Source: Alphaproteobacteria bacterium
GTDB lineage: Bacteria; Pseudomonadota; Alphaproteobacteria; JBBDQX01
Direction: 5' to 3'
NCBI GenBank assembly: GCA_965601735.1
Contig: OZ271840.1
Span: forward strand, 2,500,473 to 2,564,472
Length of the DNA stretch: 64,000 nt
Positions 56,200-64,000 of this stretch are shown here, piece after piece (position 1 is the stretch's first letter; each line of letters begins with the position of its first letter). Under the pieces are notes generated by a model that had not been told where the DNA came from, searched no databases, and saw nothing but the letters and a program-made list of their open reading frames with translations. Made by a program: the position numbers and the translations under genes.

Positions 56200-58164
56200 T
56201 CAGCCTTGGACCGTGGGCCGGCGGCGGCGCATCCGCATCAGACCCATGCCCAGGGCGATGGCCAGCACCAGCAGTGGCATCAGCGCGATGTTGATGAACT
56301 TCACGGCGGCGCCAAGGGTCTCGATCTCCTGGCGTAGCGCCCCCTGCACATCGCGCAGCTGGCGGCGAATGTCGATCATGTCGGCGCGGAACTGGTCGAT
56401 CTCGGCCTGCTGCTCCTGGGTGAGGATCGCCGCACCCTGACCGGAGCTGCCCTCGCGCTGGAGACTGCGCAGCTTGGCCTCAGTGTCTTCGAGGCGTTCG
56501 CGCAGCTCGCGCTCGGTGGCCCGGTAGGCCAACTCGGCATTCTGGCGCATACGCTCCACGACGACGAACGGGCGACCGCCTTCGCGCCGGCTACGCAGCG
56601 AGATCAGGTCCGCGCTACCCGACATATGCTCGATCATATTGATCAAGAAGGCGCCGTTGTCCGCCACCGGTGTCGCGGTCGGCGTGCCGAAGAAGTCCTG
56701 CACCGTCACCCAGAAGCGGTCTTCAAGAAGGTCGACATCTGCGACCACGGCGATGGTTGCGGAGCCCTCGGTCGCCGCCTTGTGCGCAGCGACGCGGGCC
56801 TCATGGTCGGCCTTGTCCTGTTCGGCGGCCTGCTTCTCGGCATCCGTCTGGTTCTCCGCGCCGGACGCGCCGGCCGGTTCCGGTGGACCATCCGGGAAGG
56901 CTGTGCTGAGGGGCCCGGAAATCCGTGCCGCGATGGTCAGCGGCTCCGTACCGGACTCGAAGTCCGCCAGCAGCTGCACCGGGTTTGGCTCGGTCACACG
57001 AACCTTGTCGGCCTCGAACAGCATGGCGTCGGGGCTGGACTGGAGCAGCGGGATGATCTCGGTGGTGCCACCTTCGACCGGCTTGATTGCGCCGACGCTG
57101 GCTACGTTGATGCGCTGGAGGTCGCCGGTGACGACATCCTCGCCGTTGATACGGTCACCGTCGAGACCGAACCAGGCGATGTAGTCGACCGCGTTGACAC
57201 GCTCGCGCGGCCCGGCTTGCACCCGGAAGGCCCCGCGCAGGTCGCCGACGAGCTCATCGGCGTTGACGGTGAAGCCCCAGGCCTCGAACAGCTTGTTGAG
57301 GTCGGAATGGGTGCGCGGACCCTGGCCGGCATCCGGGTTGGGTCGGATGCGCTCGGCTTCGGCGTGGGGGTCGACCATAAAGATCGCCTTCCCGCCGTTC
57401 ATTACATGCTGGTCGAGGGCGTAGAGCGTCTCGTCCGACAGATTCTTCGGATGAATTACCAGGAGGATGTCGATGTCTTCGTCGAACTCAGTCGCGTTCG
57501 CCAACAGTTCCCGGACCTCGAAGAACTGATTCATCTGCTCCCAGATGACCCAGGGACGGGCACCGGAACGGAAGGGCGGCCGCACATCGCCGGTCAGCGA
57601 AAGGGTGGTCAGCACGCCCAGCACCGGCTTCTCCGGGTTGGCGAGCTCATAGATGAAATTGGTCAGGTCGTATTCGAGGAAGCGCTCACGCTCCGGCTGG
57701 AAGAACGGGATCACCCGCTCATCGTCGACGCTGTTGGTGCCCGCCAGGCCGAAATAGACCTGGGCGCCGGACTGATCGATGGGGACGCCCTGCAGGCCTA
57801 GGCCCACTGCCCGGTCTTCAACCTCGGAGAATGGCTCCGGCTCGTAGATATCGAGTCGGATCTTGCCGTCGGAGAGTTCCACGTAGCGGTCGAGCAGCTC
57901 GCGGACACGCTCGGCGAAGCTGCCATAGGCCGGGATTTCCTCGCCGAGCTTGCTGGAATAAAAGAACTCAAGCTTCACCGGCTCATCGAGCGAGCCGACG
58001 ACGCCGCGGGTACCGTCCGACAGGCTATAGAGGCCACCTTCGGTCAGGTCGACACGGGTCGTGCTCAGGGTCTCGTTGGAGATGATGTTGACGGAGACCA
58101 CGAGGATCGCCGACAGCACCAGCGCGATGACGCCATAAACGGTTCGGGTGTTGGCCTTGCCCAT
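56200..58164 (-). CDS. GldG-like ABC-transporter accessory protein (ABC-type uncharacterised transport system)
   Basis: N- and C-terminal TM anchors and a large periplasmic domain with a coiled-coil C-terminus. AAGGGGGAG SD. Confidence 0.7.
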   Translation of the reverse strand: MGKANTRTVYGVIALVLSAILVVSVNIISNETLSTTRVDLTEGGLYSLSDGTRGVVGSLDEPVKLEFFYSSKLGEEIPAYGSFAERVRELLDRYVELSDGKIRLDIYEPEPFSEVEDRAVGLGLQGVPIDQSGAQVYFGLAGTNSVDDERVIPFFQPERERFLEYDLTNFIYELANPEKPVLGVLTTLSLTGDVRPPFRSGARPWVIWEQMNQFFEVRELLANATEFDEDIDILLVIHPKNLSDETLYALDQHVMNGGKAIFMVDPHAEAERIRPNPDAGQGPRTHSDLNKLFEAWGFTVNADELVGDLRGAFRVQAGPRERVNAVDYIAWFGLDGDRINGEDVVTGDLQRINVASVGAIKPVEGGTTEIIPLLQSSPDAMLFEADKVRVTEPNPVQLLADFESGTEPLTIAARISGPLSTAFPDGPPEPAGASGAENQTDAEKQAAEQDKADHEARVAAHKAATEGSATIAVVADVDLLEDRFWVTVQDFFGTPTATPVADNGAFLINMIEHMSGSADLISLRSRREGGRPFVVVERMRQNAELAYRATERELRERLEDTEAKLRSLQREGSSGQGAAILTQEQQAEIDQFRADMIDIRRQLRDVQGALRQEIETLGAAVKFINIALMPLLVLAIALGMGLMRMRRRRPTVQG

Positions 58165-58178
58165 TGTGCCGCTCCCCC

Positions 58179-58913
58179 TTAGCCGTTCCGCCGGGCCTGA
58201 ACCGCCACCGTGGTGGCGAACAGCCAGAACAGAATCATGCTGCCGAAGTAGACAAAGTCCCGGGGGTCGATGACACCGCGGGTGATTGAGTTGAAGCGCT
58301 CAATCACGCTGAAGAAGCGCAAGATGTCGATGGCGGCCGCCGGCGCCCAATCGGACAGGAAGCTCACCACCACGGGGCTGCCGCTTGCCGCCAGTGCAAA
58401 GGCGGCAGCCACGCCGATGACAAAGGCGATGACCTGATTTCGGGTCAGCGCCGACAAGCAGCTGCCGAGTGCGAGGAATACGCCGGCGATCAGCGCGCTG
58501 CCGGCATAGCTCGCCACGATAACGCCATTGTCGGGATCGCCCAGATAATTGACCGTAATCCACATCGGGAAGGTCAGCGCCAGGGTGGTGACGGTGAATG
58601 CCCAGGCAGCAAGGAACTTGCCGATCACGGCCTCCGCCGGCGTGATCGGCAGGGTGAGCAAGAGCTCGATGGTGCCGGACTTCCGCTCCTCGGCCCAGAG
58701 CCGCATCGTTAGCGCCGGCAGGAATGGCAAATAGAGCCAGAGCTGGAACGAGAAGAACGAGACAAGGTTCGCCTGGCCGCGCTCAAAAAAACCGCCGATG
58801 GTGAAAGTCAGCGTGTTGAGCAGCGCCAAGAAGATGACGATGAACACATAAGCCACCGGTGTGGAGAAATATCCGGCGAACTCGCGTTTGAAGATGACGA
58901 AGACGTTATGCAT
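58179..58913 (-). CDS. ABC-2 family permease (GldF-like)
   Basis: Six-TM ABC-2 permease pattern. Confidence 0.75.
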   Translation of the reverse strand: MHNVFVIFKREFAGYFSTPVAYVFIVIFLALLNTLTFTIGGFFERGQANLVSFFSFQLWLYLPFLPALTMRLWAEERKSGTIELLLTLPITPAEAVIGKFLAAWAFTVTTLALTFPMWITVNYLGDPDNGVIVASYAGSALIAGVFLALGSCLSALTRNQVIAFVIGVAAAFALAASGSPVVVSFLSDWAPAAAIDILRFFSVIERFNSITRGVIDPRDFVYFGSMILFWLFATTVAVQARRNG

Positions 58914-58939
58914 GGCGGTGCAGCGCTTTCCCCGACTTC

Positions 58940-59887
58940 CTAATTCCCGCTAGCGGTAATCTGGTTGAACACATCGTCCAGCCGGCCCTGGTTCACGACC
59001 ATGTTGGCGACCGCCCACTTCTTGGTCTTGGCAAAGCCACGCACGGTGTCGGCGATGTCCTTGCCGCCCTTCGGGACGACGGTGATAGTGGCGCGCCCCG
59101 AGACACTGCCACCGTCCTCGACCTCGAGGACGTCTTCATGGCTCAGCAGCAGCTTGCGGATCGCCGCGGTCTGACGGTTTTCCAATTGGATGCGGATCGA
59201 ATTGTGATAACGCGAGCGCGCCTGAAGGTCTGCGGGCGTGCCGTCGGCGACGATCTTGCCCCGCGCGATGACGACGGCACGGGTGCAAACCGCCTCGACT
59301 TCCTCAAGGATATGCGTCGAAATGACAATGGCCTTGTCCTTGGCCATCTCCTCAATGAGGTGGCGCACTTCCAACTTCTGATTTGGGTCGAGGCCGTCGG
59401 TAGGCTCGTCGAGGATCAGCACCTCGGGGTCGTGGATCAGCGCTTGCGCGAGGCCAACACGACGCTTGAAGCCCTTCGACAGATTATCGATGGGATCGTA
59501 GAGCACCTCGGCGAGGTTGCACTTGTCGATCACCCATTCGATCCGCTCCTTGCGCGTCTTACCCTCTAACCCACGCACTGAGGCAACGAAGCCGAGCAGC
59601 GCCGAGGCCGACATGTCCGCGTAGAGCGGGGCGCCCTCGGGCAAGTAGCCGATGCGCTGCTGTGCGGCAATCGGCTCATCAAGAATGTCGTGGCCGCAAA
59701 TCTCAGCGGTGCCGGCAGTGGGCGAGACAAAGCCCGTCGCCATCTTCATGGTGGTCGACTTCCCGGCGCCGTTCGGGCCGAGGAAGCCCAGCACCTCGCC
59801 CTTCTGAACGGTCAGCGAGATGTTATCGACCGCCAGCACGGTGCCGTACCTTTTGGTCAGGCTCTTGAGCTCGATCAGGTTCGTCAT
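58940..59887 (-). CDS. ABC transporter ATP-binding protein (GldA-like)
   Basis: Walker A GPNGAGKST, signature LSKGFKRRV, Walker B ILDEPT. Confidence 0.85.
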   Translation of the reverse strand: MTNLIELKSLTKRYGTVLAVDNISLTVQKGEVLGFLGPNGAGKSTTMKMATGFVSPTAGTAEICGHDILDEPIAAQQRIGYLPEGAPLYADMSASALLGFVASVRGLEGKTRKERIEWVIDKCNLAEVLYDPIDNLSKGFKRRVGLAQALIHDPEVLILDEPTDGLDPNQKLEVRHLIEEMAKDKAIVISTHILEEVEAVCTRAVVIARGKIVADGTPADLQARSRYHNSIRIQLENRQTAAIRKLLLSHEDVLEVEDGGSVSGRATITVVPKGGKDIADTVRGFAKTKKWAVANMVVNQGRLDDVFNQITASGN

Positions 59888-59938
59888 CGAAGCGCAGTCC
59901 CTCGCTTACTCGCCGGATAATGGCCGGCTTGTTGCTGT

Positions 59939-59960
59939 GCCGCCGCGCGGGCGCGGCGGC
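59939..59960. promoter_or_regulatory. Perfect 10-bp GC-only inverted repeat GCCGCCGCGC-GG-GCGCGGCGGC, 52 bp upstream of the gldA-like start
   Basis: Exact revcomp arms with a 2-nt spacer. Confidence 0.3.
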
Positions 59961-59993
59961 GTTGCGGGTTTAGTTAGTCAAACAGGTCGCGTG

Positions 59994-60008
59994 TTGCAAC
60001 CACTGCAA
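59994..60008. promoter_or_regulatory. TTGCA-N5-TGCAA palindrome flanked by GTGTTG direct repeats (candidate enhancer-binding-protein or dimeric regulator site)
   Basis: Lies in the 257-bp divergent region between the gldA-like and cNMP-binding genes. Confidence 0.3.
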
Positions 60009-60144
60009 CCCGTGTTGTTTCAAGGCGCTGGAGCCTATCGCCGATAACCCGCCCAGGCGGGCGCGGTTGCCTTGGTCCCGAGCCGGTGGAATACTCGCGT
60101 CGAACCACACGTTAGACCAGTAATTTACGAGGCCCCATCCGCGC

Positions 60145-60519
60145 ATGGCTGCCGGCGAACCCAAGATACTCAATCGGGGCGTATTCCAGACCGGACAGCA
60201 TGTTTTCCGTGAAGGCGACACGGCCAACACGGCCTATTTCGTCGAGTCTGGCGAGATCGAGATCTACCGCGGGGATGAGGACAATGATCCAAGCATCCTT
60301 GGCATGATTGGACAGGGGGGCATTTTCGGGGAGATGGGCCTCGTCGACGATCAGCCACGCATGGCCTCAGCCCGGGCGTCCAAGGAAACGGTGCTGATAT
60401 CCGTCGGACGAGATGCCTTCAAGCAGAAGCTCGCCAAGACCGACCCCTTCATCCGCGGCCTGCTGACCATTTTCGTGCGCAATATCCGGGCGCTGACGCG
60501 CGAGAAGAACAAGGACTGA
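60145..60519 (+). CDS. Stand-alone cyclic-nucleotide-binding (cNMP/CAP effector) domain protein
   Basis: FREGDTANTAYFVESGEIEIY...GEMGL...RMASARA matches the cNMP-binding beta-barrel motifs. No DNA-binding domain. Confidence 0.7.
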   Translation: MAAGEPKILNRGVFQTGQHVFREGDTANTAYFVESGEIEIYRGDEDNDPSILGMIGQGGIFGEMGLVDDQPRMASARASKETVLISVGRDAFKQKLAKTDPFIRGLLTIFVRNIRALTREKNKD

Positions 60520-60585
60520 TCCGGGTCTCGGTGCGTGCTATAAACCCGCGCCATCGGAAGTGAGAGCGCGCGGAAAACCAAATCC

Positions 60586-61341
60586 ATGACTGACGACGAC
60601 TCCAACGCCGCCGCGCCCGAAAGGAAGCCGCGCCCTGGGCTCCTTTCGCGGATGCTGCTGCGGCTGTGGAGCCGGTTGCGCGCCTATCTGCTGACTGGTT
60701 TCCTTGTCACCGCACCCATTGGCCTGACGCTCTACGTCGTTTGGCTGTTCATCTCCTTCGTCGACGGTGCGGTCACGCCGATGCTGCCCGTGCCGTATCG
60801 GCCGGAGACCTATCTGCCCTTTGCCATTCCTGGAACCGGCATCATCGTGGTGGTGGTCGGCCTTACCGTCGTCGGCTGGATTGCGGCGGGGATTGTCGGA
60901 CGTTATGTCGTCCATCTTGGCGAGCGTATCGTCAATCGCATGCCGATCGTGCGGTCGGTCTACGGGTCCATCAAGCAGATCATGGAAACCGTCATCCACA
61001 CCCAGAACCAGGCGTTCCGGGAGGTGGTGATGTTCGAATACCCGCGCCGCGGTATATGGGTGATTGGGTTCATCACGAACCGGACCGGCGGCGAGATTCA
61101 GAACCTTTCCGCGGACGAAATGGTCAACATCTTCTTGCCGACGACGCCGAATCCGACGTCGGGGTTCCTGCTGTTCGTGCCGAAGCGCGATGTCATCATT
61201 CTCGATATGTCGGTGGAGGAGGGGGTGAAGCTGGTGGTTTCCGGCGGAATCATCACCCCGCCCGACCGGCGACCCTTGGCGCAGCAGCAGGTCCCGCAAA
61301 TCTCGGCGGGGGGACGCATCCTGCGCACGCCCGAATCCTGA
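60586..61341 (+). CDS. DUF502 family membrane protein
   Basis: Two N-terminal TM helices plus the conserved VYGSIKQI...EYPRRGIWVIGF core. Confidence 0.7.
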   Translation: MTDDDSNAAAPERKPRPGLLSRMLLRLWSRLRAYLLTGFLVTAPIGLTLYVVWLFISFVDGAVTPMLPVPYRPETYLPFAIPGTGIIVVVVGLTVVGWIAAGIVGRYVVHLGERIVNRMPIVRSVYGSIKQIMETVIHTQNQAFREVVMFEYPRRGIWVIGFITNRTGGEIQNLSADEMVNIFLPTTPNPTSGFLLFVPKRDVIILDMSVEEGVKLVVSGGIITPPDRRPLAQQQVPQISAGGRILRTPES

Positions 61342-61344
61342 AGC

Positions 61345-63426
61345 TCACCCCGAGCGCAGAAGCCGCGCCGCGGCGTCCCGTTCGAATAGGTAAAGCAGTG
61401 CCCGCAGGCTATCACCGCGCGGTCCGGTCAGGCCGTCATCGCGCTCTAGAATGAGCTGTGCCTCCTTTCGTGCGGTGTCCAGCAGGTCCCCATGCAGCGC
61501 CAGGTCGGCCAGCCGGAAGGTGGGCAGGCCGCTCTGACGGGTGCCTAGCACCTCGCCCGCACCGCGCAGCCGCAGGTCTTCTTCGGCGATGCGGAAACCG
61601 TCGTCGGTCTCGCGCATGATGGCGAGCCGCGCCCGTGCGGTTTCTGAGAGCGGCCCGCCATAGATCAGCAGGCATGTCGATGGCGTGTCGCTGCGTCCGA
61701 CCCGGCCGCGGAGCTGGTGCAGCTGCGCCAGGCCGAACCGCTCGGCGTGCTCCACCACCATCACCGTGGCTTCGGGCACATCCACGCCGACCTCGATCAC
61801 CGTGGTAGCAACCAGTACATCGGTTCGCCCAGCGGCGAAGTCGGCCATGGCCGCGTCCTTTTCCGCCGCCTTCAGCCGGCCATGCACGAGCCCGACCCGT
61901 TCGCCCAGCGCTTTGCGCAGGGCGCCGTAGCGCTCCTCGGCAGCCGCCATATCCGTGGTTTCGGACTCCTCGACCAGCGGGCAAACCCAGTAGCAACGCG
62001 CGCCGTTGGCGATCGCCCGCTGCACGCCTGCCACCACCTCGCCAAGGCGCGTGGTCGGCAGGGTCCGCGTATCCACCGGCTGCCGCCGCCCGGGTTTCTC
62101 CAGCAAGCGAGATACCTCCATGTCGCCATAACTGGTGAGCACCAGCGTGCGGGGAATCGGGGTTGCGGTCATCACCAGGACATCGACCGCGCCGCCCTTG
62201 CGCGCCAGGTTCAGCCGCTGATGCACGCCAAAACGGTGCTGCTCGTCGATCACTGCGACGCCCAACGCCTTGAACGCGACATCGTCCTGGAACAGGGCGT
62301 GGGTGCCAACGGCGATCCCTGCGCGCCCATCCGCCAGGGCCTCCAGCGCGGCGGCGCGCACCTTGCCCTTGTCGCGGCCGGTCAACAGTACCGTCTCGAC
62401 GCCTGCCGCAGCGGCGAGGGGCGCGATGGTGTCGGCGTGCTGGCGTGCGAGGATCTCGGTTGGTGCCATCAGGACCGCTTGCTGGCCGGCCTCCACCGCC
62501 GCCAGCATTGCCATCAGCGCGACCACCGTCTTGCCGCTGCCGACATCGCCCTGCAGCAACCGCAGCATACGGCTGTCTGACGCCATGTCGCCGGTAATCT
62601 CCTCAATCGCCTGGACCTGGGACGCTGTGAGCGCGAAGGGCAAGGCGTCCGTTGCCCGCTGGCGCAAGGTGCCGTCTCCGGTGATGGCGCGGCCCGGGAC
62701 CTTGCGCATGCTCTGGCGCACCAGCGACAGGGCTAGCTGGTTCGCCAGCAGCTCGTCATAAGCGAGGCGTTGCCGCGCCGGGGCGTCGGGTTCCAGATCG
62801 GCGGCGTCTGCTGGCGCGTGGGCCTGCTGCACTGCCGCCTGCCAGCCGGGCCAGCCGCGGGTCGTCACCAGAGCGGGGTCCAGCCATTCGGCGAGTTCCG
62901 GCATGCGATCGACTGCCCCGCGTACCGCTTTTTGCAGGGTCTTCGCTGCAAGCCCGGCGGTCATCGGGTAGACCGGCTCGACCCGACGGATTTCGTCGGC
63001 CTCTGCCGGTGGCACGATGTGGTCGGGATGGGGCATCTGCAGATCATCGCCGTAGCGCTCAAGCCGCCCGCTGATCACGCGGCGCTGGCCTTCCGGCAGC
63101 TTGCGCTTGAGGTAGTCCTCGCGCGCGTGGAAGAAGACGAGGGTGAGGGCCGCACTTCCATCGCTTACCCGTACCCGGTAGGGAACCCGCCGATTGGGCG
63201 ACGGCTGGTGCTTTTCTACCGTGACCTCAATAGTGAGCACGCGCCCGACTTCGGCCTCGGACAGCGCCGGCGCGTAGCGGCGATCGATGACGCCGCTGGG
63301 CAGATGCCAAAGCAGATCGACCACATGCGGGCCCGCCAGGCGTGTCAGAGTCTGCGCCACCTTCGGGCCGACGCCCGGCAGGGTGGTGATCTCGGCAAAC
63401 AGGTCGTAGAGAATTTCCGGGCGCAT
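61345..63426 (-). CDS. recG: ATP-dependent DNA helicase RecG
   Basis: Wedge domain and SF2 helicase motifs (GDVGSGKT, DEQHRFG, the TATPIPRT arginine finger, HQLRGRVGR), 693 aa. Confidence 0.9.
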   Translation of the reverse strand: MRPEILYDLFAEITTLPGVGPKVAQTLTRLAGPHVVDLLWHLPSGVIDRRYAPALSEAEVGRVLTIEVTVEKHQPSPNRRVPYRVRVSDGSAALTLVFFHAREDYLKRKLPEGQRRVISGRLERYGDDLQMPHPDHIVPPAEADEIRRVEPVYPMTAGLAAKTLQKAVRGAVDRMPELAEWLDPALVTTRGWPGWQAAVQQAHAPADAADLEPDAPARQRLAYDELLANQLALSLVRQSMRKVPGRAITGDGTLRQRATDALPFALTASQVQAIEEITGDMASDSRMLRLLQGDVGSGKTVVALMAMLAAVEAGQQAVLMAPTEILARQHADTIAPLAAAAGVETVLLTGRDKGKVRAAALEALADGRAGIAVGTHALFQDDVAFKALGVAVIDEQHRFGVHQRLNLARKGGAVDVLVMTATPIPRTLVLTSYGDMEVSRLLEKPGRRQPVDTRTLPTTRLGEVVAGVQRAIANGARCYWVCPLVEESETTDMAAAEERYGALRKALGERVGLVHGRLKAAEKDAAMADFAAGRTDVLVATTVIEVGVDVPEATVMVVEHAERFGLAQLHQLRGRVGRSDTPSTCLLIYGGPLSETARARLAIMRETDDGFRIAEEDLRLRGAGEVLGTRQSGLPTFRLADLALHGDLLDTARKEAQLILERDDGLTGPRGDSLRALLYLFERDAAARLLRSG

Positions 63427-63454
63427 CGTGACGGGCAGGGCCTGACAGGCGGGG

Positions 63455-63769
63455 TTGGAGGCTCTATATACCTCGCCGGACTATAACGGAGGACAGGTGT
63501 TGACCGATGCCCGCGAGCGGCGCCTGAAGCGGCTCTATTACCGGAGCTTCTATCGCGGCACCCACGAGAACGATCTCCTCATCGGCCGGTTCGCCAAGGA
63601 GCATCTCCCTGAGATGTCCGATAACGAACTCGACCAGTTTGAAGTCATCTTGGAACAGAGTGACACCGATCTCTACAACTGGATCACCGGGCGCACAGAT
63701 ATCCCCGCCGACCAGGACAGCGCGGTCATGCGGCAGCTCTGCCGCTACCACGGCCATCCCGGCCTCTGA
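63455..63769 (+). CDS. sdhE: Succinate dehydrogenase flavinylation/assembly factor SdhE (DUF339)
   Basis: RRLKRLYYRSFYRGTHENDLLIGRFA carries the RGxxE motif. The ORF starts at TTG 63455, only 28 bp from the recG start. A more likely start is GTG 63497 or TTG 63500, preceded by GGAGGA, giving an 89-aa protein. Confidence 0.7.
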   Translation: MEALYTSPDYNGGQVLTDARERRLKRLYYRSFYRGTHENDLLIGRFAKEHLPEMSDNELDQFEVILEQSDTDLYNWITGRTDIPADQDSAVMRQLCRYHGHPGL

Positions 63770-64000
63770 CGCCCTTGCCGCGGCGGCACGCCTGGAAGAG
63801 GCGGGCCGGCTCGCGCTGAGTGGGGTTCCCGAGGGATTCGACGCCCTCACGCTGGCGACGCTGGCGTCGGAGGCTGCGACGCCGGTGTTGCATGTCGCGC
63901 GGGACGACCGCCGGATGAGCCGGCTGGCGGGACAGATCGCCTATTTCGCTCCCGAGATCGAGGTCCTGACGTTCCCGGCCTGGGATTGCCTGCCCTATGA
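63660..64000 (+). CDS. mfd: Transcription-repair coupling factor Mfd, 5' fragment (continues past window end); start uncertain
   Basis: Frame reads ...LALSGVPEGFDALTLATLA...EVLTFPAWDCLPYD, the Mfd N-terminal D1a motifs. No ATG/GTG/TTG lies in frame between 63663 and 63822, so the only canonical starts are GTG 63660 or TTG 63639, overlapping sdhE by at least 110 nt. Confidence 0.55.
   Translation, partial: MTPISTTGSPGAQISPPTRTARSCGSSAATTAIPASDALAAAARLEEAGRLALSGVPEGFDALTLATLASEAATPVLHVARDDRRMSRLAGQIAYFAPEIEVLTFPAWDCLPY

Noticed and set aside
60145-60519. Whether the cNMP-binding protein is a truncated CRP/FNR regulator (pseudogene)
   Set aside because: The ORF ends cleanly with a stop and no HTH-like sequence follows in any frame. 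I treat it as a stand-alone effector-domain protein.

Overview
This is a high-GC (about 67-68%) chromosomal segment that looks alphaproteobacterial (Rhodospirillales-like). It carries roughly 60 densely packed genes and no rRNA, tRNA, CRISPR array, IS element or prophage that I could recognise. Most six-frame ORFs longer than 200 aa are GC-driven antisense shadows of the real genes.

Main blocks:
1. 1-6356 (-): DUF1194 gene and a crotonase fragment, then a dppABCDF-type peptide ABC importer.
2. 6666-25339 (+): a 14-gene, 18.7-kb co-directional array of amidohydrolases and peptidases, divergent from the dpp operon. It holds one MmgE/PrpD-family protein, two CPG2-like M20 enzymes, an amidase, a class-III aminotransferase, four tandem M20 paralogs, a gamma-glutamyltransferase, two tandem M81 (MlrC-like) peptidases and an S15 CocE/NonD hydrolase.
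3. 25342-31067: membrane adenylate cyclase, an enoyl-CoA hydratase plus family-III CoA-transferase operon, TfoX-N, a glycerophosphodiester phosphodiesterase and an SRAP protein.
4. 31064-35937: a penicillin-amidase (Ntn, S45) family lipoprotein, two near-identical D-2-hydroxyacid dehydrogenases, and a thioesterase.
5. 35443-38248 (-): an operon of thioesterase, a 79-aa protein, a TPR-GT9 protein and a small protein whose 5' end plus RBS is tandemly duplicated in frame (207-bp unit).
6. 38311-47397: MmgE/PrpD paralogs 2 and 3 flanking tctCBA, then RidA, an MBL hydrolase and an FAD oxidoreductase.
7. 47438-51689: an HMG-CoA-lyase-like protein, two enolase-superfamily enzymes and a VOC protein.
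8. 51692-54603: a sigma54-type promoter, a pentapeptide-repeat protein and a LuxO/NtrC-like sigma54 activator with no kinase or HPt partner.
9. 54610-59887 (-): NUDIX, DUF4340 and a GldG/GldF/GldA-like ABC system.
10. 60145-64000: a cNMP-binding protein, DUF502, recG, sdhE and the start of mfd.

Most likely to be novel: the peptidase/amidohydrolase island, the sigma54 pentapeptide-repeat/LuxO-like module, and the in-frame duplicated small gene in the TPR-GT9 operon.
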